A DNA stretch of 64,000 bases. Origin: Podarcis filfolensis. Lineage: Eukaryota. Both the position numbers and the translations under genes were made by a program. The notes beneath the pieces were generated by a model, which did no database searches, was not told where the DNA came from, and saw only the letters and a program-made list of their open reading frames with translations. Below are positions 36,408 to 48,826 of this stretch, piece by piece (position 1 is the first letter of the stretch; the number at the start of each line of letters is the position of its first letter). Location of the stretch: assembly GCA_964270895.1 (NCBI GenBank), contig OZ185437.1; one strand, given 5' to 3'.

Positions 36408-36919
36408 TGTTTGTTGGCATCCGTCTGTCTCGGGTGCCTTTATGGGTGAAGTCAAACAATTAGGTAGGGACACGGGTGGTGCTGTGCTCTAAACCACTGA
36501 GCCTCTTGGGCTTTCCAATCAGAAGGTTGGCAGTTCCAATCCCCGCAACGGGTGAGCTCCCTTTGCTCTGTCGCAGCTCCTGCCAACCTAGCAGTTCAAA
36601 AGCATGTCAAAGTACAAGTGGATACTGTAAATAGGTACCGCTCCGTCGGGAAGGTAAACGGCGTTAATGTGTGCTCTGGTTTCCGCCATAGTGTTCTGTT
36701 GCACCAGAAGTGGTTTAGTCATGCTGGTCACATGACCCGGAAAGCTGGCTGTGGACAAACGCCGGCTCCCTCAACCTGAAAGCGAGATGAACGCTACACC
36801 CCATAGTTGCCTTTGACTGGACTCAACCATCCAGGGGTCCTTTACCTTTACCTTTTACCAAACCATTGGAGAGTTAGAGCGCAACGGTTTGAGTTCACCC
36901 CCAAAGTCACATTCCTCCC
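36408..36919 (-). mobile_element. Short RTE-clade insertion (family of 28149-28633) with inverted 5' segment, containing a Sauria SINE
   Basis: tgttggcatccgtctgtctcgg...gggtgaagtcaaac|SINE|aaaccattggagagttagagcgc, then 36883-36919 in the opposite orientation. Confidence 0.72.
36467..36858 (+). mobile_element. Sauria SINE
   Basis: gggacacgggtgg.gctg head and (TTTACC)n tail. TSD-like caaacaatt (36453-36461) / caaaccatt (36859-36867). Confidence 0.92.
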
Positions 36920-38284
36920 ATGCTTCTGAATACCAGTTGCTGGAAACCGCGAGAGTGCTCTTGTGCTCAGGTCCTGCTTAAGGGATCCCCACAGGGATCT
37001 GATTGGGCACTGTGGGAACGGGATGCTGAACTGGAGGGGCCATTGGCCTGGTCCAGCAGGGCTCATCTTATGTTCTTACAAAGACCAAGTAATAATTTTA
37101 ATGAATGAATTCATGTTCAAAAATCCGCAAGCCAACTGTCAGTTAACACAAAATTCCTCTTCAGGCTTTGGTATTCAAACCAAAAACAGGGGAAAGATGG
37201 CGCATGCTCAAGCAAATGTTCACCAGAGATAAATGAGTGGCTCTTTTTGAAAGCATTTATTTAAATCGTGGTTCAAATGTGGTATACGTGAAGACATACA
37301 TACATAAGATGCATTTCCCTGTGTTACTGCACAAGTGGAACTTTTTGCAAGAAGCAGATGCGAGAGGATGTGACTTTCCAGTGGTGTTGAATTCAAGCAA
37401 CTCATTTTCCAGAATGGCTTTATAAATCTGTAAACCTGCTGTAAGTAGCAGGGCTGATCAGTTGTATGTGTAAACAATAATGTGCCCATGCTGATTTGTG
37501 GGATGTGAGCATCACTGATAACAGAACTATAGCTATAGTAGTTAAAGCTGCTGGGCAGGCAGAAGAAGCAACAGGAATAGTTTATAGAAAATAAACATAC
37601 CGAATAAGAGGAATCCCTAACTAGGCTTGTACTTGCTGTAAAAAAGACAGAAACAGAAAATTAGTTGTAGTTGTAGTTTGGTATTGAAAACTGATGCCGT
37701 AGTGAGGTACGGTAGTTTTCACAAAAGACAATTAATTTTGCTTCTCTGTTGGTTGTTTACATTAGGCATCTAGGCATGGACTCCTGAGCTTTTTCAAGTG
37801 CATTCCCTGAGGCTTATAACTGGAGCCCAGTGGCTCTTTCAGTACAAACAGCCAACTCCAGCCTGACTTGGCCTGGCCAAACTGCACGTCACCCATGTCA
37901 AGAGCTATTTGTGTAAAAACAGCTCTTTGCAGCAACTTTGTTGACTGAACAGAGTTCCTGACCCCTCAGGCCAGATGAGTCAACAAGAGCCACCATATCC
38001 AAGTCATTGCCCTCTTAGGTGTTTTGTCACAGTTTCTATATCCCTTGAGTTTCTCGCCTCATGCGGAAAAAAAGTTGTCTTCTCGGCTGCAGAAGCAGGT
38101 CTAGGAAGTGGAGCGGTTTGTCCCTTGCCTTGCGTAAGGTCCTTTGCATTTCCCCAGTCAAACAGAGGTGCTTGAAACAATTGCTTCAATAAGGGATAAT
38201 ACTACTAGTTTTATTATTTTGTTTGTTCCCTACGAGGTAATGCAGGCTTTGGGCCCCACCCCTGCTGTTTATGAGTGCCGTCAT

Positions 38285-38630
38285 GTGGTGGTGCACCCCT
38301 TCCTTGAGAAGACTTCCACAGACCCAGAATAGTTGAACAACTATTGCCGTGGGCCAAATATCCCCTTTGGGGTCAAGGTGTTTGAGAAGTTGGTGGCAGT
38401 CAGTGGTCCAGCTTCATGCATGCTTGGAGGAAACTGACAACCTGTCTCCATTCCAGTCTGGCTTCAGACGTGGCCATGGCACTGGAACTGCCTCTGTCAC
38501 TTCAGTTGATGACATTTGCCAGGATATAGAGGAAGTGTCACCCTGTTTGTTCTCCTTGATCTCTCAGCAGCTTTCGCGACTGAGTCTGTTGACCATAGTA
38601 CCCTTCTGGAACACACTGGTCTAATGGTGG
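38285..38630 (+). mobile_element. L2 reverse-transcriptase fragment, decayed
   Basis: LEETDNLSPFQSGFRRGHGTGTA...VDDI...LFVLLDLSAAF...VDH..LLE across frameshifts. Confidence 0.85.
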
Positions 38631-40114
38631 AATCCTGCACAAGTCTATTCAGCAGTGGTCCCAATAAATTAAATGGGGCTTACATCCAGGTAAGTGGATA
38701 TAAGGATTGCAGATTGAATAGGAATTCTAGAGTAACTTCTGAGATTGCCTTTGATTTCAGCCGCAGACATTGTTCTAATAAAAATGTAGGAAACTCCTGT
38801 CTTATCTCAGGTCTATGTATGTTTTCAGAAGATTTTATTCCCTGCCTCCTATTTTACATTCATGAACTCTGCAAAGAAAGCTCAGAAGGCTCAGCCTTTC
38901 ATAAAATCTATAGACGGAAACCTTTTACGATGAAAGCAACATTAGTGGAAATTAGATTAACCAGACACAGTTCTGTCATATAGGCTGATCTGGGGTCAAA
39001 ACAAGGGCTCTGTTTTCCCCTCTCCAACAGCTGACATAGATAGGTCTTAAATGGTCCCTTCATTTCTGTGGCCTGAACGATACATACAAAAGTTGCATTT
39101 CTCTGCCCAGTGTAAGAACTGAATCGCACAGTGAATTCATGGGAGATACAAGAGGGTATCCTCAGTGGAAGAAGAGGTCTCTTGTATTGTTAATATTTCA
39201 TGTGGCCTCTAAAACTGAGGAAATTCATGCACACTGTTTTATTTGATTAGGTTTCCTAAGCTTATTTTTCTCCCTTTCATCAATGCATGATCAGCAGAAC
39301 CACACCTGCCACCAGCTTTGTCACCTTTCCGGCACCAAGCAAAGGCTTTTTTGTTCTGTAACAAAATAATAATAATTTATTGATGCTTATTCAAAGACAT
39401 ACAGAAATACATAACCATTACAAGGTATCTTTTTATAATACACTGAGATAAAACAGCTACTTACTGTATTCTAAAAAAAAGAGCAAATTCAGAAAGAAGA
39501 AAATACAAGAAAAGGAGAAATCTAAAGAAGGAGAAATATCATATGAATATCACCTGGTATGCTGGATTGCATTTGCCATGCAAGTTATGATGCCCAATGC
39601 TCTAATAACAATGTGGTAAGTAAATTGTTCAGTTCTCGATAATTGCCATCAGATTATCACAATATTGTTATTCATACAAGCTCCAGTTAAACCAGCTATA
39701 AGGCAGACATGGGTGACGTGCAGTTTTATGCATTTACTATGGAGTATTTCTCTGCTTCAACTCTGAGGAAGAGCAAGAGCGGCAAACCCCCCCCCCCCAC
39801 ATTGGGAAGAGACGGGGAATAAGATCTGAATGTGACAGATGTTTGTCATCTTGGCAAATGATCAGTGGGGGGCTCTGGCATTCCACAGGGATGAGTTCAG
39901 AATTAACATTTGCATAAAAGTTTTCCAAAATATTCTGTTACATTGATCATTGGCTCGCTAGCATTTTAAAATGGTTTGCTAATAAAATAAGGAGGGATTG
40001 TTTTTGCTTTGGGTGTTGTCTTTTCCTTGGGGGAATAAAGGGCTCCTCATCACTTCATTGAAATATGTCATCCAGTGTTGGCATATTTGAATGAAAATAT
40101 TCAAATATGCAGTG

Positions 40115-40466
40115 TGGAAGCGGGTGGCGCTGTGGTCTAAACCACAGAGCCTAGGGCTTGCTGATCAGAAGGTTGGCGGTTCGAATCCCCGCGACAGGGT
40201 GAGCTCCCATTGCTCGGTCTCTGCTCCTGCCAACCTAGCAGTTCGAAAGCACATCAAAGTGCAAGTAGATAAATAGGTACTGCTCCGGCGGGAAGGTAAA
40301 CAGCATTTCTGTGCGCTGCTCTGGTTCGCCAGAAGCGGCTTAGTCATGCTGGCCACATGACCCGGAAGCTGTACGCCGGCTCCCTCGGCCGGTAAAGCAA
40401 GATGAATGCCACAACCCCAGAGTTGTCCACAACTGGACCTAATGGTCAGGGGTACCTTTACCTTTA
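40115..40466 (+). mobile_element. Sauria SINE, full length
   Basis: Collinear with 10250-10600. Tail tacctttaccttta. Confidence 0.92.
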
Positions 40467-41058
40467 GCTTTATATCCCACCCCCCTCTCATTTAATGCTG
40501 GCTCCAATAAACAGAAGTCCAAATAAAGAGGTCCTGATTTTCTTCCAAGATATAGTCTGACTTTGGATCCAACCAGGGCAATTCTTTTATTAAATCTACA
40601 CAAGACATCTGTTATTCAGCCATGCAGATGTGTGCCAGTATTTTCAATCTGAGAGTGGGATTGCCCCCTGCCAACCTGCCTTGGAGAATTGGATGACATC
40701 ATCACCAGTGTGGGGTCAGGCCCCAAGGAGCTTGGCTGGAAGTAGCAGCCCTCCCCAGTGGCTGCAAAGTCGTTTGTCTCTGCCATACATCATAAGGTAG
40801 AAGGAGCAGCAATGAAATCCACCCAAATCATGCCTCAAAGGACTGTTTGAAAAAGGTCTTGATGACTCTCCAAAAAGTCAGAGAGAGAGAGATTGAGAGA
40901 GTGACTTAGTACTTCCACCCACCTATTCACTATTACAAGTATGCAGTGCTACCCTGCATAATTTTACCCAGAGGTAAAGCCCACTGAGTTCATTGGGGCT
41001 TACTCATAAGTAAGTGGCATACTCAGTCATTTCTATTCTTGTCCTTTATGGCCTGGAT

Positions 41059-41194
41059 CAGGCTTCCTCAACCCTGGCCCTCCAGATGTTTTGAGACTAC
41101 AATTCCCATCATCCCTGACCACGAGTCCTACTAGCTAGGGATCATGGGAGTTGTAGGCCAAAAATATCTGGAGGGCCGAGGTTGAGGAAGCCTG
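41059..41194. mobile_element. 136-bp hAT-type MITE, intact
   Basis: Perfect 15-bp TIR caggcttcctcaacc / ggttgaggaagcctg and perfect 8-bp TSD GCCTGGAT. Relatives at ~7668-7790, 49240-49377, 50388-50497 and 51740-51865. Confidence 0.92.
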
Positions 41195-41981
41195 GCCTGG
41201 ATGGACCTAGGAAAACTACAGTGATGTGCTGTTTTGCAATGAGAAGAATTTAATCCTGATCTACCACAATGCATGTGGTGGACGAGCCTTAATTTGAGAT
41301 TGTATATGGGTTTGAAGGCACAGTCTTCACATTTTATTTTGTTTAGACATTATATAGCACCTTTAATAATTCATGTCACAATAAAAAAAAATATAACACT
41401 AAAATTCAATGAAAAAACAAAACAGATGCTAAATGAACTGGAAATGACAGGCCAAACTACAAATGGGGCATTTGGATCCCCCAAACCGAGTAGGGCTTTC
41501 CCTCTGGATCACAAAATGGGAGCAAAGGGGTGAATTCCTCTACCACACTTGCTTTAATTGCAAATAAATTGCATTATTATCATTTTGAACTTGCATACTA
41601 GGTGCAAAGATGTGTAGCTTGGCCCAACCCAAGAATAGGACAGGGATTGGGGTAGGTGTGATAAATACACCCTCAAGCCCATTTCCTTCTTCCATATCAG
41701 CTGAAAGGAATGCTGTGCTGACCACAGTTGCCTCCGGCTGACCTGGGAAGAATTTTCTCTGGCCAACGGCAGTGGAAGAGGGACACCAGGCTGTATACTT
41801 TCCCAGTGGGTCAGTAACACCTCGGATTGCGAAAGACATCGGAAGCACCTGTGAGAATGACTTCTGCTCTTCATCCTAGCTGAGCAGTAGCAGAGAAGTT
41901 TCTACTCAAGCACAGCAGATATAGGCTCAGGAAAAGAAATACTTAAAAGAAGGCTAATTCCTCAACATCCTTATTGCTGAT

Positions 41982-42775
41982 CTTCTTCTTTGGCAATCAC
42001 TCGTAGCCGAGTAAGATTGTCTTCCATAAGCACGGTTTAAACAATGAGTCTGTAAGTGACTGTGGAAGCCAATTCTGGATCCACACATCCTTCCACAGTG
42101 GGGACATTGGTTTCCGGGTGGGAGTTGATCACTGTGTGGATTTGCCAGGCGTGCTCTTAGCACATTTCTCCCTTGCGTCCTGAGTTCGAGTGCCTTCAAA
42201 GCCCATAACACCTTTGCTAAAGGCTGTTCTCCAACTGGAGCGCTCACGGGCCAGTGTTTCCCAGTTGTCAATGTTTATACTACATTTTTTAAGATTTGCC
42301 TTGAGACAGTTTTTAAACCTCTTTTGCTGACCACAAGCATTATGCTTTCCATTTTTAAGTTCGGAAAAGAGTAGTTTGGAAGACTATCATCAGGCATCCA
42401 CACAACATGACCAGTCCAACGAAGTTGATGTTGAAGAATCATTGCTTCAACACTGGTGATCTTTGCTTCTTCCAGTACACTGAAATTAGTTTGCCTGTCT
42501 TCCCAAGTGATGTGTAAACTCCCCACCGGAGTAGAAATCATCTATCAAACAGATGAAAAGCTCTTCAATCTGAGCAGGCTGAAAGCAAAGAGGAAAGTTA
42601 CCGTAACTTCCGTCATAGAGCTTCAGTATGCTGATGACAACGTACTGTGTGCACACTCAGAGGATGACCTCCAAACCATCCTAAATATCTTTGCAGAAGC
42701 TTACAAAAAGCTTGGCCTATCACTCAACATCCAAAAAACCAAAGTGCTGCACCAATAAGTACAAAATAACACCCC
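41982..42775 (-). mobile_element. RTE-clade LINE with C-terminal zinc finger; 5' part inverted
   Basis: Minus 42514-41982: HITWEDR.TN.SVLEEA...QLRWTGHVV.MPD...CPHCGR.CGSRIG.HSHL.TH + (AAG)n tail. Plus 42516-~42775: LPTGVEI.Y.TD..LFNLSRLKAK...ELQYADD...LGLSLNIQKTKVL. Confidence 0.93.
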
Positions 42776-44552
42776 ATATACTGTAGTAAGACATATTCTA
42801 GTAGCAAACTGAGTGCCAAAACAGCACCAGCCACATGCAAGAGGGAAGTATCAACAGACTTGGGGGAACTAAAAGGTTTGCAGAAGAACAAAAAATAAAA
42901 AAACTTGGGGGGACAATCTATTGTAGGAAGGGCTAAAAAAACAGACCTATCAGGACAGAACAAGCTCAGTGGGTTCAGAGTGCTGGCTGATGAGTGAGGG
43001 AACCAGAAAACTGGCAGCCGGCTGTGGGGTGGGAATGGAATGGAGTGGAGTGGCTGGATACCTAAACAGAAACACTCTATGCTGCAACCTTTTGTTGTAG
43101 GTCCCACTTGTCAGCCTTATATGTTGAACTCTTTTCATACTGTAGCCATGCTCAATACATTTGTGCATCAGTGAATAGCGGGCTGATAACTCCTTTCCCA
43201 GATTTATATTCAGGAATCCGTTTCATTCTCCAGCCATGTTACCTCAAACCCTACTGAAGCCATTAAAAAGTTTAGGTGATTGTTTGGCGTGCACACGGGA
43301 TGAATTCATTCCAAGTGCCATTTGCAAAAACCACCTCAGAATAGCTATATCCGGCCCCTTCTACAGTGTACAATATTCCTTTAGATTGCCTCGGGGTTTC
43401 CTAGTACTGTCTCTGCACCTTCAGCATAGCCAAGCTATCCAGGCAAGCAAAAGGCTAATTTTGTCCTGTATCTTCAATCAATTTCACCTCAACTTGCCTG
43501 ATTGCATAAGTGAGCGTCCCCCACTGATTGTTCAGCGGAGAAAGCAAATGGCAAATGACATCAGGGCCTTTGTTATCCAAACTGGCTACAGTACTTGCAG
43601 AACAACCTCATCTCTCCCAGCACAATTACAGAATGGCTAATAAATGAGGCTTTTACTTAGCTAATGAGGCTGCATGGGGCCAAGAATGACCCAGCACCAA
43701 CTAATCTTTATCAGATGCAGTGAAGAGGGACTGCGGGAGGGGGAAGGATATCAAATCTCTCATGCAATGCTTCTAATGGAAATATTAAAAAGCTGGAGCC
43801 AAAAACAGAACCAACCTGTGCAGGCCTAATCTCTCCCCCCCCCCCCGACCCCTCTGTAACTTGCATTATTTATATACCTTCCTTTGAATATTGCTAAATA
43901 TTTGCTAATGGCATTACAAGACAACAGAATTTGGAAAGCTTAGAGCAGAAGAAGCTAGTGTTGACTGCAACTACTGTCACCACTGACCACTGGCCTTGCT
44001 GGCTGGAGCTGATGGGAGTTGTTACCCAACTACCTCTGGCTACACCTTGTTTAGAGCGATGGTGTGTGCGCATTTCCAGGTGTGATATTTTGCAACATTG
44101 AAAATATTTGCTGAAGAGAGCAGAAAAGTCCAGCCCGGCTGCAGTGAGTGAACCACAAAGTTGCTTTCGTGTACTTGAAACAAGATGGACGAGCGCACCT
44201 CCTTTTCCAAATGAGCAAGATCAATGTGGCAATGTTATTGACTTTCCTTTTCAAGCGTCAGCTCAGTAAGTCGGTGCTTATTGTCTACAAAGGCTTGTGA
44301 GTCAATTGGATATTCTTTCAGGCAGAAATGCCAATCTGATTATAGTGCCTTGGGAAACTATAAGCCTAAACTGCTCCTGAGAACAATAATACTGCAATGC
44401 ACGGTGCACACACAAACCAAACTTCTTGCTGCCCTGGAGATCCCGAAAGCCTAAATATTTGCAGCCGGATCTTAATCCATGTGACACAGCTCTCTCAGCA
44501 AAAGTTTTTCATCTCTAGCTGTTAAACTATGCAGAAAATAACTAGGAACACA

Positions 44553-44655
44553 CATGGGCGTAGCCAGGATTTTTGTTGGGGGGGGCAAGCTTCATGTTGG
44601 GGGGGCAGAACCTCAGTATTTTTATTGATTTACTTGGTTTAGGGGGGCTGCTCTC
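44553..44655. mobile_element. Truncated GC-rich hAT-type MITE
   Basis: catgggcgtagccaggatttttgttggggggg left end; the right TIR was not found. Confidence 0.45.
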
Positions 44656-45899
44656 TTTTTAAAAAGCAAAACAAAACTAAGAAGAGTAAGGTTCTAGGCC
44701 AATGGCAGAGAACTGGTTTTAAAAATAAAATTGTGTTTAAAAAATTACATTTGAAGGGGCATGTTTATACTCATATATATCTTATGTACCTAAAGAGAAA
44801 AAAAACAAAGCAGAGAATCATGCCTGAAATATTATTTCATTCTTAAGTTCCCTACATTTATCTCCTGTCATGGGAACAGAATATCAAAGAATCTGGCATT
44901 CAAAATATGATGATACAACCTGGAGACATGCTGTACATACGTGTCTGGTGTACAGAAAGCATGGGAGGTCTCAATGCATGACATTACACTGATTGCTTTT
45001 TATTCTTCTTCTAACATTTCCTTTGCCTCCTTTGTGGGTCGCACATCTGGGCCTCATTTCTGTCTGGCAACTACAATTAAGCAGGCTAGATAAATGTATT
45101 ACTATATTTTAAGAAAGAACCACTCCTTCCTCTCTTTGTCATCCATTATCTTCTAGAGAAGATAATCAGAAGGTACTTCAAAGTCCTTTGAAAATGGCCA
45201 GAATTCTATCTCAATTAGAGAAAGATGTCCTGCTCCTCTCCAAGATGTCAACAATAGTTCCTTCCTGGTTAGGATTTGGTGCCTTGTTATCAGGCATGCA
45301 TTGCTGGTAAAAGTACCAGGCTTCATCTCTCTGCTATCTTTCCTGACTTTTAATCCTTTTCAGCAAGAAACACACATTTTTGTTTTAATTTTTCAGTCAC
45401 TCCACCTGACTGCTGCAGATTGGTATGGGAGTGAGTGAGTGTGTGTTTCATTTTGAGGAAGAGGGAAAGGTAGCATGCTGGGACTATCATTATGGAGTAG
45501 TTAGGCAAAGCAAGAAATGCATGCAGACAACATGAAAGCCTGGCAATTGGGACAAAATGCCACTTCTAATTACAAATAAATTAAACATAAGCAGGCTTTG
45601 AAATTGCAAGATGAGCTGGAGAAACTGAGACCAGGGAGTCCTTCTTATGGAAGTAGTTAGGGGCTCATATGCTCAAAAAATGCATTGGTACTCTTTAAAA
45701 GCACCAGAATCCACCAAAGAGTTGAATATAAATAAGGGACTGTATGAAATTTCTGCACTGCTGACATATTAACCAGAGGTGTTCTTTGGAATGGGTCCCT
45801 TTGTGTCTATTTTGATTCAGAGATTTGGGCACTTGTGTAGGAATGTGAAAGCCTGTTGTCATCTACTGCATTTTGTGACCTTTAGTCCTCAGACACCTC

Positions 45900-45978
45900 A
45901 TGGATCAGATGAAAGCTTCTGCCACAATAAAAATGTTAGTCTTCAAGATGCCACAGAATACTTTGTTATTTTGACTAG
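45900..45978 (+). mobile_element. Penelope pLTR remnant
   Basis: tgaaagcttctgccacaataaaaatgttagtcttcaagatgccacag..tactttgtt. Confidence 0.6.
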
Positions 45979-46517
45979 GATGCTAGTGTGAGAGACACCA
46001 ATGTGTTGCTCACTGACACCAGTGTACCCACCAGTATCTCCTATGCAGCCTATGCAAGGTCTGACTAAAAATCCCCTCAGAAATCCATGAGGGACTCTTT
46101 GGTCTTCCTGCTCAGTTCTGGCTCTTTGTACCAGTTTGGCCTCTCCTGCATTGAACCCCCACCCTCTAAACATGCTCACATTTCTTTAGATGATAAGATT
46201 GGACACCCACCTACCCTCCCTTCTCTTCAGAGCAGAGGAGAGGTGAAATGAGCATGGCAGCGGCTGGTATTGGTGCACTTTTTTTCTTTTTGCATTGATG
46301 GGGAGGGGGGTCTGATGTCAGGGAATATGTCTGCACCATTGTGTGGTCCTTTTCTTGCCCTTTTAGACACGGCAACCATTTTGAGTTATGCGACACCTTG
46401 CAACAGCCATTTTGTGTTATGTCATGGCCCATAGGCTACCATTTTGTCACTACCACCTATGGAAATTTCTCAGCATTCTAAACATGCCCATTGGCTCAAA
46501 AGGGTTGCTGACCCCTG

Positions 46518-46690
46518 CAGAGGCGGATTTAGGGGAGCACAACCGGTTCGGTCACACTGGGTGCAGAGCTTCAGGGTGGGTGCCTCTGGGGATGATGTAA
46601 CTATGATTTAGAATGGAGAGGTGGAAGGATCCTGAACTTTGGTGTTGCACACGACACCACTGAAATCCGAGACCCCAAGATCCACCACTG
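46518..46690. mobile_element. GC-rich hAT-type MITE
   Basis: TIR cagaggcggatt / gatccaccactg (9/12). Flanks acccctg / atccctg. Confidence 0.55.
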
Positions 46691-47957
46691 ATCCCTGCGT
46701 TAGCGCATAATTCCCAAATTAGAGAGATGTGGTTGAGTCTGCCTGGAAGCAATGAATCTCTGCTGGAAGCCCTTATCCCTAAATCCAGATCTGAGATCTA
46801 AGTACTAATCTATTCAGTAGTAAGGGGAAGCACTCTGTACATACTCCAAAGCACCCTCTTCTTTCATACTAATTGGTACAAATCTGTACAAAGCACAGCA
46901 AAATGGTGTTAATGGGAGATTGGAACCACCTTATGATAAAAATCATTGTGCCTACCCACCTCCTCCTTCAGCCAGAGCCTTGAGCACATCTTTCTACAAG
47001 AGGATCCAGCAGAATCTCTTATACTTCAGGCTTGCAATGTTAGACATATGCTAAGCAGCCCAGAAGATTCACCTAAACAGCAGTTTAAAGAAAGGAATTA
47101 TATTAATCATAAGAATGTAGGATAAATAGAAACTATTTTAATCTGATTTTTTTCCAACTATCTCGATCTCTTGACAACATTCTTTCACATGCCGACCAGG
47201 CACATTTAAATTAATCCATTAAACTACAGGCAGGACACAAAAAGGCTTCGAGGGGAGATGTAATAACAGTTTCAGATTCTCATTACCCAGATAGTTCACA
47301 TATATAGACCAAGAAACAAATAATGGTGTGATATGATAGGATTTGAGGCTTTTTCATCACTTGATGTAGCTGTCACTGCTGATGATTTATTGTGCTTATG
47401 TGATTTAATGAAAAAATAAATCAGTGCTGCATATTGAAGGGTCACAGAGAAGTAACTCTGATTTTTCTTCACTTGGTTTCTGAAAGTGGAAAGGGAGATC
47501 AGAACAGCCAGTTCCTCCCATTTCTGGAAGGCAGCCTGCGTTCTCCTTAACCTTGCATTCTGCTTTGGAGATGAGCTCCAGATAATGAAATATGAGTTCT
47601 GTTCTGTTGCAATAAGATATTGTTTCTTTTTTTCTCCCATCCTACCAACCTTCGTTGCCTAAACTAGCAAAACAGCAATCTCAGGCCTCATTCAGATATA
47701 ATTTTTCTCAAGGGTAAAGCATGTTAACCACAGTAACATAACTAAATTAAATCTGGGTTCGACGGGGAGGGTGTGTATTTCCTTCTCCCTCTCCATGCCC
47801 CACAGCCCCATCATTGTTCATAACTGCATAGAAAGGCCTGCCTCCCAGTTTGAGAAGCTTAATATAGGTTTATATATAGATTTGTTATGGGCAGCTGGTC
47901 TGAGCATAGGTTATTTGAGGAGGAGCCAACACAAAGCCCTCCCATCCTATGTACATT

Positions 47958-48213
47958 CAGTGGCGTAGCATGGGTTGTCAGCACCCGGGGCAAGGCAAGT
48001 AATTTGCGCCCCCTAACCCGCATGCCTGGCACCCCCCCCCCCACAGTGGGCGGCAACTCGGCGGCTCGGATCGGATTCGCACAGCCAGCACTGCAGTGAG
48101 AGAGAGTGAGTGAGCCAGGTAGGGGCAGAGAGCTGCGAGTGCGAGCGCGCCCCCCCCCAGATGTTGCGCCCGGTGCGGCCGGGGCCCCCTGCACCCCCCA
48201 CGCTACACCACTG
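47958..48213. mobile_element. Young GC/CpG-rich hAT-type MITE
   Basis: TIR cagtggcgtagc / gctacaccactg. 8-bp TSD tgtacatt / cgtacatt. Confidence 0.85.
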
Positions 48214-48579
48214 CGTACATTCATTTTGATTCACCTTTTCATAGTCTGTTTTTCAGAAAATGAGTTTGCACCTATAACATGTTGCTAGCAATAGGTTTTT
48301 TTAAAAAAACATTTAGTGTTCTCCAAGGCATTCAAAAATTATATGTAGCTACCATGATGGACCCATGGGATCCACAGTATGGAAACACCTTAATTAAGAC
48401 TAACCAAAATGTCATAAAGTCATGAGCAAGCTGGAAAAGTCCGAAACTGGTTTGTGAGATTTTGGTCAGTATTGCCAAACTGTGACTTGCATTTTGTTGA
48501 CTGAGTGCTGATATGACAAATGTACCTCTCTTCGTCTTCCCCTCTCCTTCTCATTCTGGTTTCCACATACAGGACATTG

Positions 48580-48826
48580 CATTTATTCTGCCCCTCTCTC
48601 AACAAAAGCCATCGACCAAGGTGGCCAATACTGTTTTGGTGTTGTACTGGGACCTGAGTCTGGATTCAGAAGAACCCAGATAGTTAACCTTTTCCAGCTA
48701 CTTCTTGCCACCACCATCTTGAGCACCCTGCCTAAGATGGAAATAATAGCCATGGGGTGTGTGTGTGTGTACAACTTCAACACTTCTAGGTCCAGGAAGG
48801 TCCTCTTAAGGGCAGGGCACATCACT
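48580..48826 (-). mobile_element. L2 RT fragment, decayed
   Basis: Reverse complement aligns to 52448-52685 and to the L2 RT start (V.P.LK...LD.E). Confidence 0.8.

Larger units (their letters stand above)
36072..37078 (+). mobile_element. CR1 3' portion (ORF2 end + 3' UTR), interrupted at 36408-36919
   Basis: LQHLG.FSLEKR..RGDM.E.YK.MHG, then the 3' UTR resuming at atgcttctgaataccagttgctgg and ending cttatgttctta. Confidence 0.85.
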
